A stretch of DNA of 64,000 bases from Lingula anatina. Its lineage: Eukaryota > Animalia > Brachiopoda. The first letter of the stretch is position 1; each line of letters begins with the position of its first letter. Location: contig CM120646.1 in assembly GCA_051362555.1 (NCBI GenBank), positions 4,526,001 to 4,590,000 of the forward strand, written 5' to 3'. Made by a program: the position numbers and the translations under genes. Under the pieces are notes generated by a model. That model did not search any database. It was not told the origin of the DNA and was given only the letters and a program-made list of their open reading frames with translations. Below, one piece after another: positions 59,777 to 64,000 of this stretch.

Positions 59777-60417
59777 ATGATTCCCGAATTGGCAAGACGG
59801 CAGACCAGCTTATTAGATGCGTACATTTCCACGGTGATACATCTATTTTTGAAAAGTTGTGTTTTTCATCTTACACTAGCTGGTGAGTATACACTTATTG
59901 TAAACTGAGATTTAAATACTTTAGACATTGTCTTGGTTGATGCAGTTAAATTATTCTGTATAGGCAAAAATGAAATATCTATGAATTTTATATAGAACAA
60001 AGACAATGTGAACTGGCATGTTGTCTATATTCCTAGTTTTAGTTGCTGGTCAAACAGGCAATGATGGAATCATGAACAGCCCCTGTACGTTAAACATATA
60101 CAGTGGAGATCCATTTTCTCTGTGGTGTAACCTTACCAGTCACCAAGACCTGGTCGCTGGATTCACCATCAGATGGTTAAGGGATGAAAAAGAGTGGTGC
60201 TTTATTTCTAGAGCAGTAAAAAACACCACATCGGGTGAATGTGCTACCAGAAGCATCTCCATAAACATTGTATACAACCCAACTGGTACACAGGATTTTC
60301 AACTCCCTGTTCCAAGTGCGATACTAACTGACAGCGGAAATCACAGCTGTACAATAACTCTCACTAGCACGGGTGTTCTTATACGTCCAAATTCATTCAC
60401 ACTGGTAAAAGTCTCAG
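59777..60417 (+). CDS. Partner of A5 (5' part only): signal exon plus an Ig exon nearly identical to the A5 Ig
   Basis: Candidate exon 59777-59882 (G|GTGAGT) and Ig exon 60037-60417 (G|GTAAG). No downstream stalk, TM or kinase exons were recognised within the window. Confidence 0.7.
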
Positions 60418-60984
60418 GTAAGCCACAACTGTGAAACTTATTATGCTCAATCACTCTGACCAAAGTAACTCACAATTTATTTTGCAGTGACAGTTTGCTT
60501 ATTGGTTTGTTAAATACTTTGTAAATGTGTAAAAGGAAAAAAGATGTGTCAGTAAGATAAACGTGCACCTCATAAATCCCTTAAGTGCAATCTAATTCTT
60601 GTGTATATTGATAACAAGTGAAGATTATCCAAAAGGTATCATCTTTAAAACTTTCATTACTAGAATAGGCTAATTCCTTCGTCACTTTATATGAAAATTA
60701 CTCACACTATCAAGCCAAGCCTGATTTCCAGTGATTTACACATAAATCCAGATGCATCACTTTCTCTCGCCAGAGATTTAGAAAATGTAGAATTGCAGAT
60801 GTAATGTTTAACTTCATTTTCCCTATTCCGTTTTCATAAATTTTCTACACGTATCTTAATCGTGAATGAGTGATTATCCTATATGTAAATTGGGATCAGA
60901 AACCCTGCACGTCGATAATGTTAAATACCCCATATATTGTGAAAGATCATCCTTTCTATCATTTTAACGTTGGGCGCAGAAGAT

Positions 60985-61325
60985 TGTGGCCCAAATGTCA
61001 ATGTCCCTGCTTCCATAGAGATATACAGCAGAGAGCCATTTTCACTTTGGTGTAACTTTACTATACCAGTCACCAAGACCTGTCCCTGGGGTTTGTAATC
61101 AGGTGGTTGAGAGATGGAGGCCCATAGTGTGTTATTGGTAGGACAGTAGAAAACACCACAACGGGTGAATGTGTGAGCAGAAACATCTCCATAAACAATA
61201 TATATACAACCCAGCTTGTACACAATACTTTAAACTGTCTTTTTAAGGGTGATATTAACTGATAGTAGGAACCATAGCTGTAAGATAATTGTCATTGATA
61301 CGGGTGTTCTCGTACGTCAAATTGT
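60985..61325 (+). pseudogene. Degenerate second copy of the pair-5 Ig exon
   Basis: Aligns with 60060-60390 (ccattttc.ct.tggtgtaac...accagtcaccaagacctg...aaacaccaca.cgggtgaatgtg...acgggtgttct) with multiple indels. Confidence 0.78.
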
Positions 61326-62989
61326 TACGCCTTCGTGGCCGAGTGCCTTATGAAGGTACAAAGAACAATGTACTTACTGGTATCTCAAAGTCATGGAAAA
61401 GCCGAGAGCAGGCTATAAAACTGATTCTAACGAGCATAAGAGCCAAAAGAGCCAGATTTATTTCAATTCCCACCTGATATACATGTTCAGATAGTACACG
61501 TTTACCAATCAAAACCAATTATACAATGAAAAGTTTTACCTTTAAATTACCAATCACAGGAGAGATTCAAACTTGCGCACCGGACTATACTTTACTTATA
61601 GCGACATCTACCGGTAGCAATATAAAACAATCTCAACTAACACACTACATCGTCACACACTATATTCACAATAAGGTCGCGCGTCAAGGTTATTTTCAGT
61701 TGCACCCTGGATTACGCACGCTTGCTCCGCAAGGTGTCGCCTGTGGTGGGGGGGGGGCATCACAGCCCATATGGTTACTGTGGCGAAGGTGACAGGTACT
61801 TCCAAACATTTTTTCATAACTGTCATTTTTCCTTATTCTATTCATGAATTTGATATTAACGGCAATTGAAAATGTGGCACCGGCAAAAGTGAATCTAGGT
61901 GCGTTGACAGGCCGCACAGGTGTCCCCAATTAACCGCCGCCAGAGAAGAGACCCCAAGCATTAAACAACACAACCGGTAGATATTGGACATTTGGAGAAA
62001 GTTAAGCAACTGAGGCTTTATTAGATTTGGACAGAAATCGGGGGTAATGCCCAGTGACATACCAAACCCCTAAGTTCAAGTCTTGGCCCTTGACACCTGT
62101 AACGCACCCCTTAGTCAAGAATCTGAACAAATCAATGTTGGGCAGGTACAGGGTATACTCTATTTTCTACAGGTGTTTTGTGATTTTATCAACTTGATTG
62201 TCAAGTGCCAGACCTTTTGTTCTTAGATACTAGTAACAAACTTTATCAGATAACAATCTGACACTAACCAAGCTGCACTAACAGCGCTGTAAACCCAGTT
62301 ATCAATGCTGTCATCTTTACCTGTATCTTTACCGGTATTATGCCAGTGGTACTGTTTGATACATTTGAGTAAGGAAATATGCTTTTATGCTTACATTCAT
62401 TTGTAATACGTTAGCATCAACCTGTTAATAAAAACTTGGAAACTTTCAATGTTATTACACAATAACAGTATAATGATGGGAGATGTTATGATTAAATGCT
62501 TAGAAGAATAATAAAAACAAATTATGTGAAATATAAAATGAATTGATTTTATTTGGGTTATTTATTTATTTATTTCAAACCAATTAATTATCAAACATGA
62601 AGCTTATTTTAAGAAACATTCGCAGATATATGAAATATAACCCTGCTGGTACACAGATCTACAGTTCTAAAATGCAAATACCAAGTACCTTTCACACACC
62701 ACTGATGAGATGTGAATAATCATATGTATAAAGTAGTAAAAATATCACAAAATGTGTGTAAGCAAGATATTTCTACAAGTAACCTCATTAATCAGTCAGG
62801 AAACTTCATAATGCACCCAATAAATGTAGAAATTTGAGCCAGAGAAATTCTACATACAGGCATGACAGATTTACCATATATTGCCATCAAACCTTAACTG
62901 AATGGGCATAGAAAGAACAAAGTGAGTCTCCCTCCCATTAAAAATGAGAAATAAAAATAAATAAATAAATAACAGATACTGTCATTCTT

Positions 62990-63390
62990 AATACTGAAAA
63001 ACAATGGCACCTTGCAGCCTTCACTGCCTCACTATTTGCAGACAATGTTCTAGTCACTGTAACTGTGTACTTTTGATGAGGCATAGATGCAAGAATAACT
63101 TCTTTGAAGTATATTGTGAAGGTCTCTTTTGTCATAAATCTGCCATGTATAACCTGAATGAACATATTGCGATTCACACCGCAGCAGCTTGTCTTAGTAA
63201 GGACTCAACCAAATTGAAAACTTTTGGCATAGCTTCAGGGACAAGATCACACCATCTATCCTTGCTGTGATGATGGATCTACTAGTACATTATCTATGCC
63301 TGTCCTCCTAGTTTCTCTAATACCATTTCCGCTGATCTATATGCTCACATCAATCTCTACAGCTTTACCAACTGCTACACAGTTTTTACA
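62990..63390 (-). pseudogene. Possible degenerate SWIM-type zinc-finger gene fragment (transposon accessory protein)
   Basis: The minus-strand peptide VILASM..KYTVTV.....VKAARCHC resembles the lead-in to a SWIM CxC motif. The upstream part is full of stops. Confidence 0.3.
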
Positions 63391-64000
63391 TCTGAAATTA
63401 TAAAGCAAAAATTGTAATAAAGCACTATCAATTTACTTATTAGATATTGATTCGAGGGCAAGAGAAAAATGCAGAAACCTCATATGATAATCAAGATAAT
63501 TGAAAATCAAATATGCATAATCAAATTAATAGCTTTAATTGTACATACTACTGATGATTTAATCTTTTAAACTTCAGCATAAATTTCTCTTGTTAAAGCA
63601 TAGACACTTTATTAAAATGTGCTTGAACAAATAATAATAATAATAAACAACCTGCACACAAGATGGAACATGGAGGTCAATTGCCACAAAATAAGTTGAT
63701 TTGTACTTGGTAGCCTGAGAAATAGTATCAGGTATTAATTTGAGCAGTAAATTGAGTAATAATACCACAGAGTTAACAATGACACAAGCATATGGTGTTG
63801 TGTAACAAAATTCATGCATTACTTGCTGTGGCAGTGTCCTCCCCAACCTATCGTGCACCGCAGGTTTTGATTTTCAATGTCATCAAAAATGTTTATTGTT
63901 GTTAGTTTGATTTACGTATCTGCTATTCAAATAATATCGTTTGGAAAATAACTAACTCATTTAATTATGCTTTTGCAACATGAAATCATCATTAACTTTG

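Overview
AT-rich, intron-containing animal genomic DNA, probably an invertebrate; the species cannot be determined from sequence alone. Most of the window is a tandem array of head-to-head immune-receptor-like gene pairs. In each pair, a minus-strand type-I membrane protein (signal peptide, V-set Ig domain, Thr/Ser stalk, TM, tail with two canonical ITIMs LHYADL and VEYAxV) faces a plus-strand Ig gene across a short shared promoter. In pairs 1 and 2 the plus-strand partner is a receptor tyrosine kinase with a Cad96Ca/Stitcher(RET-related)-like kinase domain. The Ig domains are more alike within a pair (6/106 and 7/107 aa differences in pairs 2 and 5) than between genes of the same type (A1 vs A2 about 32/106). 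This points to concerted evolution of an activating RTK and an inhibitory ITIM receptor that share a binding face. In pair 3 the kinase partner is only a relic, and the ITIM gene has a stop right after the TM with decayed tail exons. The cluster also holds a probable GPI-anchored Ig protein and a frameshifted gene fusing an actinoporin-like domain to an apolipoprotein-L-like domain. Transposons include an intact spliced hAT element, an R4/Dong-type retroelement in a TAA repeat, two Tc1 relics, an L2-like fragment and several MITEs. Gene models were spliced by hand from GT/AG sites and frame continuity.
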